Source: a virus. From it: DNA of 64,000 bases. The translations under genes and the position numbers were made by a program. The DNA lies in IMG/VR virus record IMGVR_UViG_3300046665_000229, positions 1-64,000 of that record. One strand, 5' to 3'. This document shows positions 9,173-17,945 of the stretch, one piece after another. Each line of letters begins with the position of its first letter. Positions within the stretch are counted from its first letter, which is position 1. Below the pieces are notes generated by a model, which searched no databases, was not told where the DNA came from, and saw only the letters and a program-made list of their open reading frames with translations.

Positions 9173-9504
9173 TTACTATCCCCGAATGGCTCGTTGGTGT
9201 CGGCATGACCGTGGCCGGCGCGATGGTCGGTCTGCTGATCCGCAACGCGGTCCAGCACGCCAAGAATGAAGCATCTGCCAAGGCCGGTCAGGCAATCGCC
9301 AACGAGGCAAAGCTTGCCGCGTCCGAAGCACTTCGGCTGTCGGCCGAGCTTGAGCGCGAGTTCGCGCTGTACCGCGAGAAGGTCGCGCAGGAATACGCGT
9401 CGGTCGAGTTGATCAATCGTCTCGAAGGGCGGCTGGTCACGGCCCTCGACCGCATCGGCGCGCGCTTCGATCAGTTCATGCTTCAGAATGGGAAGGCATC
9501 ATGA
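9169..9504 (+). CDS. membrane protein with N-terminal TM and periplasmic coiled-coil (i-spanin-like)
   Basis: ATGA overlap with lipoprotein stop; single N-terminal TM plus helical domain. Confidence 0.4.
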   Translation: MITIPEWLVGVGMTVAGAMVGLLIRNAVQHAKNEASAKAGQAIANEAKLAASEALRLSAELEREFALYREKVAQEYASVELINRLEGRLVTALDRIGARFDQFMLQNGKAS

Positions 9505-10799
9505 GTAACGATAAGCAATACAAGACCGAGATCGAGGCGTGTCTGCGCGAGGGCTTCGCGCCTTGGCGTCAGAGTGGCGGCAAGGGCTCGGCTGTACGCG
9601 AAGCAACGCGCCGGCTGAAGCTCAACAAGGACGTGCTCGCCGACTGGCTGCGCAAGCAAGAGACCGCAGCGTCACGCGATCAGAAGAGCTTCCTGCCCAA
9701 TTGGGACTTGTTCGTGAAGCCGGCCAACGACAACGTCCCGCCGCCGGTCTCGCGCCGCGAAGCGCACGATAGCCAATACTGGCGCACGCGCTTCAATGCT
9801 GCCGAGAAGGAACTGGCGCATATTGAAAAGCTGCTCGAAGAGGTTGGCGGCATCCGCTCGCTCGACATCCCGAAGCCGGAATGGCTGCTGAAGGCAACGA
9901 CCGGCCGGCGCAATCGCTCGGTCATGTCGATGCTCTTCACCGACCTGCACATGGGCGAGGTTGTCGATCCTGACGAACTGCTCGGCCTCAACGCCTTCAA
10001 TCCGCAGATCGCCGAACAGCGCGCCAAGCGGTTCTTCAACGCCGCGTGCGAGATCGGGCCGCGCTGGGCATCCGACACGAAGCTCGAAGGGCTTCTGCTC
10101 AATCTCGGCGGCGATCTGGTTTCGGGTGACATCCACGAAGAGCTTCGAATCACGAACGGGCTGACCGCGCATGAGCAGGTCCGCATGGCGGTGAAGATCA
10201 TCGTCGCCGGCATCAAGTTGCTGCTGAAGGTCTACCGCCGCATCCACGTTACGTCGGTCCCCGGCAACCACGCGCGCACCACGTTCAAGCCGACTGCGAA
10301 GCTCTATTCGAAGCTCTCGTATGACACGCTGATCGCACAGATGGTCGCTGACGCGTTTCAGGATGACGAGCGGGTTACGTTCCAGATCACCGTGGCTACC
10401 GATGCTGTGATCCCTGTGCTCGGCTACACGGCCTTCCTGACGCACGGCGACAAGATGGGAACGGGCGGTGGTCAGGGCTTCGCTGGCCCGATGCTGCCCA
10501 TCGTGCGCGGAACCAAGAAGGTCGAGGCTCAACAAGCGAGCGCCGGCCGCAAGCCGGACATCATTATGCACGGCCACTATCACCACTCGGGCAACCCCGG
10601 CAACGTGTTCTCGAATGGCGCGTTCCCCGGCTACAGCGAGTACGGCAACGGCCTGCGAGCGAAGATCGAGCCGGCGCAACAGTGGCTCTTCCTCATTCAT
10701 GAGACGTGGGGCGTTCGCGAGCGGTGCGAGATCAAGCTGGAAACGCCGGCCCCGTTTCCGCGCGTGGCAAGCTCGATGCCTCCGAGCATGGCGGCATGA
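9501..10799 (+). CDS. calcineurin-like metallophosphoesterase (Mre11/SbcD-like motifs) with ~170-aa N-terminal helical extension
   Basis: Motifs DLHMGE, GGDLVSGD, GNHA, THGDK, MHGHYHH in canonical order. Confidence 0.65.
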   Translation: MSNDKQYKTEIEACLREGFAPWRQSGGKGSAVREATRRLKLNKDVLADWLRKQETAASRDQKSFLPNWDLFVKPANDNVPPPVSRREAHDSQYWRTRFNAAEKELAHIEKLLEEVGGIRSLDIPKPEWLLKATTGRRNRSVMSMLFTDLHMGEVVDPDELLGLNAFNPQIAEQRAKRFFNAACEIGPRWASDTKLEGLLLNLGGDLVSGDIHEELRITNGLTAHEQVRMAVKIIVAGIKLLLKVYRRIHVTSVPGNHARTTFKPTAKLYSKLSYDTLIAQMVADAFQDDERVTFQITVATDAVIPVLGYTAFLTHGDKMGTGGGQGFAGPMLPIVRGTKKVEAQQASAGRKPDIIMHGHYHHSGNPGNVFSNGAFPGYSEYGNGLRAKIEPAQQWLFLIHETWGVRERCEIKLETPAPFPRVASSMPPSMAA

Positions 10800-10978
10800 G
10801 CATCAACATCGTGGCCTTCCTGAAGGCGTTCGTGATCGGCCTGATCATCGTGATCGGGCTGATCTGCGGCGCGGCCTATTGGTTCATGGTGTCCCTGCGT
10901 GCGGACACCCTCATCTTTTCGCTCGCCATCCTCGCCGCGATCCTTGTCGGCTGGGCGGTCCTGCGCAAGCGCAGCTAG
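10796..10978 (+). CDS. small membrane protein (2 TM, ~60 aa)
   Basis: ATGA overlap with upstream stop; hydrophobic. Confidence 0.35.
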   Translation: MSINIVAFLKAFVIGLIIVIGLICGAAYWFMVSLRADTLIFSLAILAAILVGWAVLRKRS

Positions 10979-11367
10979 TCGGCCTTGAGGCCGACATTGA
11001 GCATCCACACGCACTTCGATTGCGTCGGCTTCGACTTGACGCAAAGATGGCTGGCCGGTTCGTCGTTAAGCGGCATCCGGTCGGCGATCTCGACGTGGTC
11101 TCCCTTACTCAGATCAAAGCAGCCTGAGTTCGCCGCCAAGGTCTGAGCGCGATCTTGATCCTTCCCCTTGATGACCATGCGGAGCAGGCCGGGTTCGGGG
11201 CAGACGAGCATGTCCTGACCGAGCGTTCCGCTCTTCGCCTTGATCCCCACGCGCCCCTTCTGCGGAGCCAGGTCGGAATTACTCAAATCCATCTTCGGCA
11301 TTTGGGCGCTCGCGGCACCGATGCCGGCAGTCAGAAAAGCAGCGCAAAGGGTTACTCGAATGGACAC
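10975..11367 (-). CDS. secreted protein with signal peptide (cargo/moron)
   Basis: N-terminal MSIRVTLCAAFLTAGIGAASA signal sequence; convergent with upstream gene. Confidence 0.4.
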   Translation of the reverse strand: MSIRVTLCAAFLTAGIGAASAQMPKMDLSNSDLAPQKGRVGIKAKSGTLGQDMLVCPEPGLLRMVIKGKDQDRAQTLAANSGCFDLSKGDHVEIADRMPLNDEPASHLCVKSKPTQSKCVWMLNVGLKAD

Positions 11368-11644
11368 GTCAAAATCCTCCGATCAGTTAGGTTGGTGTCA
11401 CTCGCTGCTTAGCGGTTCTATCCAACGGAGGCCACACCATGATGCTGTAACCGCCTGATCATTGGAAACCACTCAAAGAGCGACGATTGAAACGTGACCT
11501 GATAGACATCTTGAGCGGCCTTCGTACCCGCCGGGCATATACCGCGAGACGGCTTAGCCGGACCCGCAGCAACCCTTGCCCAAGAGCACAGGATCACAGA
11601 ATGAGGTAGCCGCGAAAAGCGCGCCGGGCGACGGCCCTCCGATC

Positions 11645-11682
11645 AACCCGCTGGGATTTTCCCGGCGGGTTTTTTGTTGTTG
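11645..11682 (+). terminator. intrinsic terminator: 9-bp GC stem (CCCGCUGGG...CCCGGCGGG) followed by TTTTTTGTTGTT
   Basis: Seen directly. Confidence 0.6.
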
Positions 11683-11725
11683 ACATCGCCGCGTCTTGTC
11701 CGCATATTGCGGACATAGCCGAGCG
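11683..11725 (+). promoter_or_regulatory. sigma70-like promoter TTGACA-N17-CATATT with overlapping palindromic operator GTCCGCA-N3-TGCGGAC
   Basis: Seen directly; sits ~35 nt upstream of RBS GAGGGA and ATG at 11758. Confidence 0.45.
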
Positions 11726-11757
11726 GATAGTCCCCGGCTATAGTGAGGGAAACCCCT

Positions 11758-11961
11758 ATGACGGACATCACGACAATGGATCAGCAAGAGCAGATCGCCC
11801 GCATCGAGAAGACGCAGGAAGAGACCCGCAAGTTCGCGGCCGAAACCCGCAAGATCACCCGCGATTGGGCGCTGGCCCCGTGGCAGATGGCGATCACCGG
11901 CATGGCCGCCGGGGCGGCTCTGTTCGGCGCTGGCGCAGCCTTCATGAAGCTGCTGGGCTGA
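11758..11961 (+). CDS. small protein with C-terminal TM helix
   Basis: RBS GAGGGA 7 nt upstream; stop overlaps next start (TGATGA). Confidence 0.4.
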   Translation: MTDITTMDQQEQIARIEKTQEETRKFAAETRKITRDWALAPWQMAITGMAAGAALFGAGAAFMKLLG

Positions 11962-12179
11962 TGACCCCCGACCGACTTAGATCGGCACTGGCCTCGCTGC
12001 GGTGGACGCAGCGGGGTCTCGCCGCCATTCTCGAATGCGATGACAGGATCGTTCGGCGCTGGATCGACGGACAGGCGGACATTCCAATCAGCGTCGCAGC
12101 GTGGCTTGAAACGCTCGCGCAGGTCCACGAAGCCGCGCCGCCCCCGACCGGGTGGAAGCGCAGACAACCCGCACAGTAG
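11961..12179 (+). CDS. small HTH DNA-binding protein (XRE/DUF1870-like)
   Basis: LASLRWTQRGLAAILECDDRIVRRW helix-turn-helix-like segment; translationally coupled to upstream gene. Confidence 0.4.
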   Translation: MTPDRLRSALASLRWTQRGLAAILECDDRIVRRWIDGQADIPISVAAWLETLAQVHEAAPPPTGWKRRQPAQ

Positions 12180-12261
12180 ACCAACCCTTAGCCGACTCTC
12201 AGGCAGCGTCCACAAAGCCTAGCGGCTGGGCGTGACGCGTTGTCGGCGATAGACTGGATGG

Positions 12262-12705
12262 ATGTCCCCTCGGATCATCCGCATGCCGCTGTCGGGCGGC
12301 GACCGCAAGCACTACGCCCGCGAACTCGCGCGCACCGAGCGCCTGCATGCCGATTTGGTCCGGCAGACGAACGCCGCCTATCTGACCGCGCATCGCTTGG
12401 GATGCGAGGAATGGAACGCTCGGCAGTTCATCGGCGGCGAGGCCGCGCCGTCACCCATTATCGGCCACGCGATCGATGCCGGCTGCACCATGCTCGAAGT
12501 TGAATGCCGCTCTTGCGGGCATCGCGACCGTGTGAACCTGCTCGATGTCGTGTGGCCGCGAGACCGGCCGATCCATACGCTCGCCAAGGCGCTCTTCTGT
12601 CGGCCGTGCCGAGACTCGAGTTGCGTCACGCGGCGACCGAACCTCGTTGCGCTAAGCATGCCGTCCGATCCTACGCCCCCGGCGAATGCCGCGAGAGGCC
12701 GCTAA
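12262..12705 (+). CDS. C4 zinc-finger protein (CxxC-x25-CxxC); candidate Ogr/Delta-like late transcription activator
   Basis: ECRSCGHRD...FCRPCRD zinc-ribbon; located between tail gene D/lysis genes and att like P2 ogr. Confidence 0.35.
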   Translation: MSPRIIRMPLSGGDRKHYARELARTERLHADLVRQTNAAYLTAHRLGCEEWNARQFIGGEAAPSPIIGHAIDAGCTMLEVECRSCGHRDRVNLLDVVWPRDRPIHTLAKALFCRPCRDSSCVTRRPNLVALSMPSDPTPPANAARGR

Positions 12706-12992
12706 CGATCCCTGACAAGTTTATGGCGGTTGCGCCAAACCGGGTCTTTCGAGCGGGAATGATAGACCGGCTCCCCCTTCGGATGGAGTGCCTGCATCAT
12801 GCCGATCCGCGCGAAGTCGATGGTCCCATGCTCGCCGGCAACTAAGACCGCGTGAGCGGCGTTCTGCCATGCCGGGGTTGCCTGCTCGGGCTTGGGAAGC
12901 TTCAGGATGAATGCACGCGCGTCTGCGAGGGTGCGCAATTCACCCCCATCAGGCAGCGGTACTGGCGACGCAAAACTGACTGTCCAGAACAT
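12702..12992 (-). CDS. hypothetical protein
   Basis: 96 aa ORF with consistent GC3 bias. Confidence 0.3.
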   Translation of the reverse strand: MFWTVSFASPVPLPDGGELRTLADARAFILKLPKPEQATPAWQNAAHAVLVAGEHGTIDFARIGMMQALHPKGEPVYHSRSKDPVWRNRHKLVRDR

Positions 12993-13184
12993 GCAGACTC
13001 AAGACGAAACGCCGGTTCCAGTTCCGGGTTTGGTGGCATACCACGACTGATTTTGAGAGGTTCCGTTGAGACATCTCGCGAACAAATCTCGCGATTTTTT
13101 ACACACAAATCACACACAGACCCAAAATGGGCCATGCAAAATCTGCGGGGCTTTGTCTAAGTGATTGAAATTTTGGGCTTAATT

Positions 13185-13233
13185 TGGTGGGCGCACTAGG
13201 GCTCGAACCTAGGACCCGGTGATTAAGAGTCAG
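13185..13233 (-). other. tRNA-Lys(CUU)-like 3' fragment (anticodon loop, T-arm, acceptor 3' strand, CCA) = phage attachment-site core between the tandem prophages
   Basis: Reverse complement reads ...ACUCUUAAUCA...CUAGGUUCGAGCCCUAGUGCGCCCACCA; perfect T-arm and 3' acceptor but no matching 5' acceptor/D-arm. Confidence 0.55.
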
Positions 13234-13405
13234 GTGCTTTAGCTGTCAGATCAGGGACTTAGAAACACACAACTGTCTCTGTCCGCATCTGTTTTGCTGC
13301 ACTTCTACCCCGCTTTACACACAGAAAAGGGGTCTAACCAGACCCCCTTCCCTTGGCATTATGTGCGGCACCGACCGCTATGCGGTGATCACCGGCTTCG
13401 TGAAG

Positions 13406-13660
13406 TCAGTGAAAGATTTTGAAGGCCAACCACAGGATGACCAGCCCCGGAAATGCCAGCCCTACCCCTATGGCGAGCAGGATCACGCCAGCGCCATTGC
13501 GGACCACGCGCCCGTTCCTAGCCTGTCTTTCGCCCTGAGATTCCGGCAACAGGCGCGTCGGGTCAAACTGTGGCGGCGGCTCATACTGAGGCGCGGCGAG
13601 ACCTCTGGCCTGCGCCTCAAGGTCCAAGATTCTCTGCCAGCGGGGCTTCTTCTCGCTCAT
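13406..13660 (-). CDS. hypothetical protein with C-terminal TM helix
   Basis: 84 aa; ORF only. Confidence 0.3.
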   Translation of the reverse strand: MSEKKPRWQRILDLEAQARGLAAPQYEPPPQFDPTRLLPESQGERQARNGRVVRNGAGVILLAIGVGLAFPGLVILWLAFKIFH

Positions 13661-13968
13661 GACACGGTGATCTCGATCTCGACGGGAACCGGCGTCGGCC
13701 AGAAGTCAGCCGAACGCGGCAGGTCGATGATCTGCATGACCTCGGGGCTAGTGTCACCGACCGACACCGCAGCCAGGGCGACGAAATACGCGGACACCGC
13801 CCGGCTGTCGCCCGGCTCATGGGGCGCGAGCATGTCAACGGCAAGGGCGAGCGCCCGTTTGGTGGCGTCGAGTTGGTCGATCAGATCGGCGGCACGGTTG
13901 ACATCGTGCAGGCTATTGCTTCGGCCGCGCGACCGCAGGACTTCAGCAAAAATGTTCAGGTCACTCAT
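13657..13968 (-). CDS. hypothetical protein
   Basis: 103 aa; stop/start overlap chain with neighbours. Confidence 0.3.
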   Translation of the reverse strand: MSDLNIFAEVLRSRGRSNSLHDVNRAADLIDQLDATKRALALAVDMLAPHEPGDSRAVSAYFVALAAVSVGDTSPEVMQIIDLPRSADFWPTPVPVEIEITVS

Positions 13969-14270
13969 TTCGTCTTCCCCTTGATCTCAACGATGACGCT
14001 GGCCATCCGTTTCGTCTGCTTAGCCACGATCTTCTTGGCGCGATTTGACGCCTTGGCTGGGTCAACGGCATCAGCGCGAAGCTTCGCCTTCAAAGCCAGA
14101 TTGGCAGCGCGCGCTTCCTCGCCGTCGCGCAAGTTCTTCAGCTTGCCGAGCATCGCCCTCGACTTCGTCCCCTCGCCCGCCGCCTCGACCTTTCGCAGCC
14201 GGTCAGCCTTCGCGGCCTTGCCGAGCGTCGTGATCTGTCGCTGCATGTTTTGTGATGCGCCTTTGAACAT
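13965..14270 (-). CDS. Lys/Ala-rich basic protein (histone H1-like / nucleoid-associated candidate)
   Basis: Starts 3 nt after integrase stop with GGA RBS; KAAKADRLRKVEAAG...AKLRADAVDPAKASNRAKKIVAKQTKR. Confidence 0.35.
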   Translation of the reverse strand: MFKGASQNMQRQITTLGKAAKADRLRKVEAAGEGTKSRAMLGKLKNLRDGEEARAANLALKAKLRADAVDPAKASNRAKKIVAKQTKRMASVIVEIKGKTK

Positions 14271-14272
14271 CC

Positions 14273-15424
14273 TTAGACCTTGCCTCCTGCTACAACTTTG
14301 AACGAAGACACCCTCACGATGCCCTTGCTCACTTCCAACTTCATGATCGCGCTCTCTGCCATCCGAACGTCGCGATTCAGATAGTGCTTGTCGAGAATTT
14401 CTTGGACGGTCTTCAACGAGTGGCCGGTGATCGTCGCGATCTCTGGAATTTCGCAACCCGCCAATGCGAGACGAGTGACCGCCGTACCGCGCGTGTCGTG
14501 GAACGTCAGATCGCCAATGCCGGCGCGAATCTTGTTGCGGTCAAACGAAGAGCGGAAGCCATCCTCAGTGAACCTGCGTTCTGGATTGTGAGCGCGCATC
14601 GTTTTGCAAATGATGCCGTCCGGCTGCACGCCGCCGTTCTCGGCCATGAGGCTCGCCTTCAGCGCGTCGAGCGCAGCACGAAGCGGCTGGCCGCATGGAA
14701 TGACTAGACGGCGCTTCTTGCCCTTCCTACCCTTCTGCTGCTCAAGGCGAATGTAGTTGCCGTCATACTGCGTCCAAGACATCTTCAGAATGTCGGCTTC
14801 ACGCTGGCCGGTCCAAAGCGCCATGAGGATCGGAAGGTGCATGTGAGATAGCGCCTTCGCATACCACTTTGCCTCGTCTTCTTCAGTCCACACCTTATCG
14901 CTGCGCTCGCCGTCATAGAGGCGTCCGCCTCGCTCGCATGGATTGGTTTTGATCTTGCCGCGATCCTTCGCGACGGAGAACACGCGCGCCATCACAGTCC
15001 AGATGTAGTCGGCCGTGCGGTCGCCCGATGCGGCGGCGATCTCGTCTCGCCAGTCTTTCATGAGGCCGCGTATCTGAGGGGCTTCGAGCGCGCCCATTGG
15101 CAGCGTCCCGAACTTCTTTCGTATGCGGTCCAGATGCCGGCGGTAGCTGCGCTTGCTGCTATCGGAAAGCTTAGTGAACTCGTTCGCGATCAGGAAGGCG
15201 TCGATCAGCGAGTTGATGTCGCCGACCGGGCGCTTCTTCAAGTCTTCGTGCGCCTTGGCATAGGCCAGCGCCATCGCCGGGTCGGTCTTGTCGAGGATTG
15301 GTGTGCCGTCTGGATAATTGCAGCGAGGACCGCCGCGCCATGCGTAGAAATAATAGATCGGCTCTTCGCTCTTTCGAGCGGACTTGCTGCTGTGTAGCCC
15401 CTTGAGTCTAAGCTGCACCTTCAT
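14273..15424 (-). CDS. int: tyrosine-type phage integrase
   Basis: 383 aa; C-terminal catalytic region with HxxR (LTFHDTRGT) and HYLNRD... tyrosine motif; adjacent to tRNA-like att core. Confidence 0.9.
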   Translation of the reverse strand: MKVQLRLKGLHSSKSARKSEEPIYYFYAWRGGPRCNYPDGTPILDKTDPAMALAYAKAHEDLKKRPVGDINSLIDAFLIANEFTKLSDSSKRSYRRHLDRIRKKFGTLPMGALEAPQIRGLMKDWRDEIAAASGDRTADYIWTVMARVFSVAKDRGKIKTNPCERGGRLYDGERSDKVWTEEDEAKWYAKALSHMHLPILMALWTGQREADILKMSWTQYDGNYIRLEQQKGRKGKKRRLVIPCGQPLRAALDALKASLMAENGGVQPDGIICKTMRAHNPERRFTEDGFRSSFDRNKIRAGIGDLTFHDTRGTAVTRLALAGCEIPEIATITGHSLKTVQEILDKHYLNRDVRMAESAIMKLEVSKGIVRVSSFKVVAGGKV

Positions 15425-15692
15425 AGCCAGAGTCCCTGAGCCACCGATCTAATAGCGCCTTTGGCGAGTTGTCATTATCATGCGTCGCCGCCTGATTGTC
15501 CGGTTTTACACCGGACAACGCTTGGATCGCAAGCAGTAAATCCGATGTCATCCAACGTCGCGTGCCGGGGATGGCTTTAGGAACTTTTCCCTTAGCCATC
15601 CACTGCCCGAAGCCGCTGTAAGTGAGCCCGCAAAGATCAGCGGCTTGTTGCCGCGTGAGCATAAGCGGGAGATCGTTGCGGGCATCACTCAT
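15408..15692 (-). CDS. excisionase / AlpA-family DNA-binding protein
   Basis: 94 aa, MLTRQQAADLCGLT...RWMTSDL pattern; overlaps integrase start. Confidence 0.5.
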   Translation of the reverse strand: MSDARNDLPLMLTRQQAADLCGLTYSGFGQWMAKGKVPKAIPGTRRWMTSDLLLAIQALSGVKPDNQAATHDNDNSPKALLDRWLRDSGYEGAA

Positions 15693-15698
15693 AGCAGC

Positions 15699-16790
15699 TT
15701 ACTTCTCTTCGGGCAGACTGATAAAGGGCACAGCGCCGCCAGTCACGCGCGGCAGATCGCCCTTCCACTTGTCGAGCGCCCGGTACTTCACAAGCTCGGG
15801 CGTGATGCTCGCGGCGACCAGCCGGTTCGACTCCGCTTCGGCCTTCGCCTTCAACAAGGTGCTCTCGGCAAAGCCGCGCGCTTCAGCGATCCGCTTGTCA
15901 GCTTCGTTCTTCGCCTGCGTGATCTCCTGCTCGCGCTGCAACGTCACCTGAAACGCGTTGTTCTTGTCGTTGATGGCCTTGCGGTACTGCTCGGGCAACC
16001 GGACCTCGCCGATCAGATAGACCTTCTCGACGATGATCCCCTTCGGCGCGACTTCCTTGGCGACCGATGCCTCGACATAATCGACAAGGTCATTCTTTCG
16101 CTTGCCGTAGGCATCGTCGGCCGACATCTCCGACGCCTTCTCGTTCACGGCGTCACGCACCATGTTGCGCAGATAGATGTCGCTGATCTCTTCGATGCCC
16201 TTGCGATAGGTCTGGTAGAGCTTCGAGACCTTGTCAGGATCAACGCGGAAGGTGATGCCGAAGTCTGCATCCATGACCATGCCATCCTTGCCGGTCTGGA
16301 ACGAGATCGCCTGCCCGATGTCCTTCTCCGACTTGCGGACCCAAGTGTCGGTCTGCGTGAACGTCGGATAGACATACAGTTCTTCCGACCAGCCGACCCA
16401 ATACTTGCCGACGCCGACGATCTTCTCGCTCACGCCCTTGTCGCTGCCGTACAGGTCAACGATCACGCCGACATTGCCGGCCGGGACCTTCGAGCACGCG
16501 CCGAGCATGACACCGAGCATCAGGATCGGCACGACGTTCTTCAGCACGCGCTTCACTCGCTTGCCATCCTTGCTGCGATTCCACATGCGAGCCAGGACGA
16601 GCAAAATGATCGGCAGCATGAAGACCGAAGTGAGTCCGAGCGCAACGAAATCATCGCGCTTTGCGGAAAGCAGCTTCGGCGCGACAAAGCCAAACGTGCC
16701 GCACGTCAGCACGACGCCGACCAAGGCAAAGAGATAAGTGGGAATGTACTTCATAGTGTCCTCTGTTAGTGGTGGTAGTCTCAACGCCAC
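15699..16790 (-). CDS. SPFH/band-7 (HflK/C, prohibitin-like) membrane protein
   Basis: N-terminal TM segments then SPFH core and long coiled-coil (EQYRKAINDKNNAFQVTLQREQEITQAKNEADKRIAEA...). Confidence 0.75.
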   Translation of the reverse strand: MALRLPPLTEDTMKYIPTYLFALVGVVLTCGTFGFVAPKLLSAKRDDFVALGLTSVFMLPIILLVLARMWNRSKDGKRVKRVLKNVVPILMLGVMLGACSKVPAGNVGVIVDLYGSDKGVSEKIVGVGKYWVGWSEELYVYPTFTQTDTWVRKSEKDIGQAISFQTGKDGMVMDADFGITFRVDPDKVSKLYQTYRKGIEEISDIYLRNMVRDAVNEKASEMSADDAYGKRKNDLVDYVEASVAKEVAPKGIIVEKVYLIGEVRLPEQYRKAINDKNNAFQVTLQREQEITQAKNEADKRIAEARGFAESTLLKAKAEAESNRLVAASITPELVKYRALDKWKGDLPRVTGGAVPFISLPEEK

Positions 16791-16805
16791 TGCGGCGATG
16801 ATTGG

Positions 16806-17945
16806 TTAGTCGTGCATCAGCCGAACAAGCTGTTCTGCACGACGGGATCGGCGGGCGAGGCGAGTTGAAAGAGTGCGGAGCGCATACGCTGCTTCCAGCG
16901 GGACAACGCCATTGCCGAGTAATCGGAGTCTCTCAATTCGAGCGGCGTGAGGGCCAGACAGGTCCATCCGTGCGGCCACCCCATCAGCCATTCGACAAAC
17001 TGCGGGTTCAAGGTGCGGCGCAACTTCAAGGGCTCGCTCCCACCCTGCGAGGTCAGACGGCCCCGGAGCGAAGATGCCAAGTCCATCGTGATGTTGTAGC
17101 TGCGCGAGTTGCCGGGCTGATGGCTCTCCGAGAAGCTGAGCGAGGTCGGAGTCGGCCAATGCAGCGGATCGTTGTCGTTCGATGCCGGTGCGCTTGCGTG
17201 CCAGCGACGCACCTGATTTTCCAATCCGATCTGGCGCTTCGTCCCGTCCGCCTGCGTCCCGGTCGGCGACGTGTTGTCGTTCAACGCGCGTCCGCCGTTC
17301 GGTACGCTGGGCGTGTACCAAAGGTGCTCGACGAAGTTCGGAAGCTGATCCAAGTGAAGTCGTCCCGAGCCATTCTCCATGTGCGCTTCGCCATTCGTGC
17401 CCTTCCAATCCCGTGCTGCCGGCGTCGGCCACACAGAGGATGAAGCACCGCTCGCGACGGTGGCTCGCGCCAACTTCTGACGCAGTGAAAAGTCCAATCT
17501 CAGGCTCGTAACCAAGGCGACGAACATCTCGCCAGACCCGTTCCAGTCCGCCGGACGTGACGAAGCCGCCGACGTTCTCGATGAAGAAGAACCACGGGCG
17601 CGCTTGGACGATGATCCGGCGCGTTGCCGACCAAAGGTCACGTTCGTCGTCTTCGCCGAGCCGGAGTCCGGCGACGGAGTGCGGCTGGCACGGGATGCCG
17701 CCAATGAGACCATCCACAAGGCCACGCCACGGTCGGCCTGCGAAGGATGACACATCGCTCCAAATAGCAGCCTCATGTAATAGGCCCTGCTGCATCGCTG
17801 CGACCAAGTTCGCGACGGCGTGTGCTTCCCTCTCGACACACACGACGCTGCGAGCACTTGGCACTGCCAACTGGACTCCGAGATCGAGTCCGCCGCCGCC
17901 AGTGCAGAGGGAGAGGATGTTGAGGGGAGATACAGCCACATTCAC
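16806..17945 (-). CDS. DNA (cytosine-5)-methyltransferase, orphan
   Basis: Motif I LSLCTGGGGLDLG, motif IV GGIPCQPHS, motif VI FFIENV, QRRER, GNGV; no adjacent restriction enzyme. Confidence 0.85.
   Translation of the reverse strand: MNVAVSPLNILSLCTGGGGLDLGVQLAVPSARSVVCVEREAHAVANLVAAMQQGLLHEAAIWSDVSSFAGRPWRGLVDGLIGGIPCQPHSVAGLRLGEDDERDLWSATRRIIVQARPWFFFIENVGGFVTSGGLERVWRDVRRLGYEPEIGLFTASEVGASHRRERCFILCVADAGSTGLEGHEWRSAHGEWLGTTSLGSASELRRAPLVHAQRTERRTRVERQHVADRDAGGRDEAPDRIGKSGASLARKRTGIERQRSAALADSDLAQLLGEPSARQLAQLQHHDGLGIFAPGPSDLAGWERALEVAPHLEPAVCRMADGVAARMDLSGPHAARIERLRLLGNGVVPLEAAYALRTLSTRLARRSRRAEQLVRLMHD

Noticed and set aside
13185-13260. Complete tRNA gene
   Set aside because: Only the 3' ~49 nt match a tRNA. 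The 5' acceptor strand and D-arm are absent, so I call it an att-core fragment.
16817-17941. 374-aa alternative-frame ORF overlapping the C5-methyltransferase
   Set aside because: The other frame (16806-17945) carries all canonical C5-MTase motifs.
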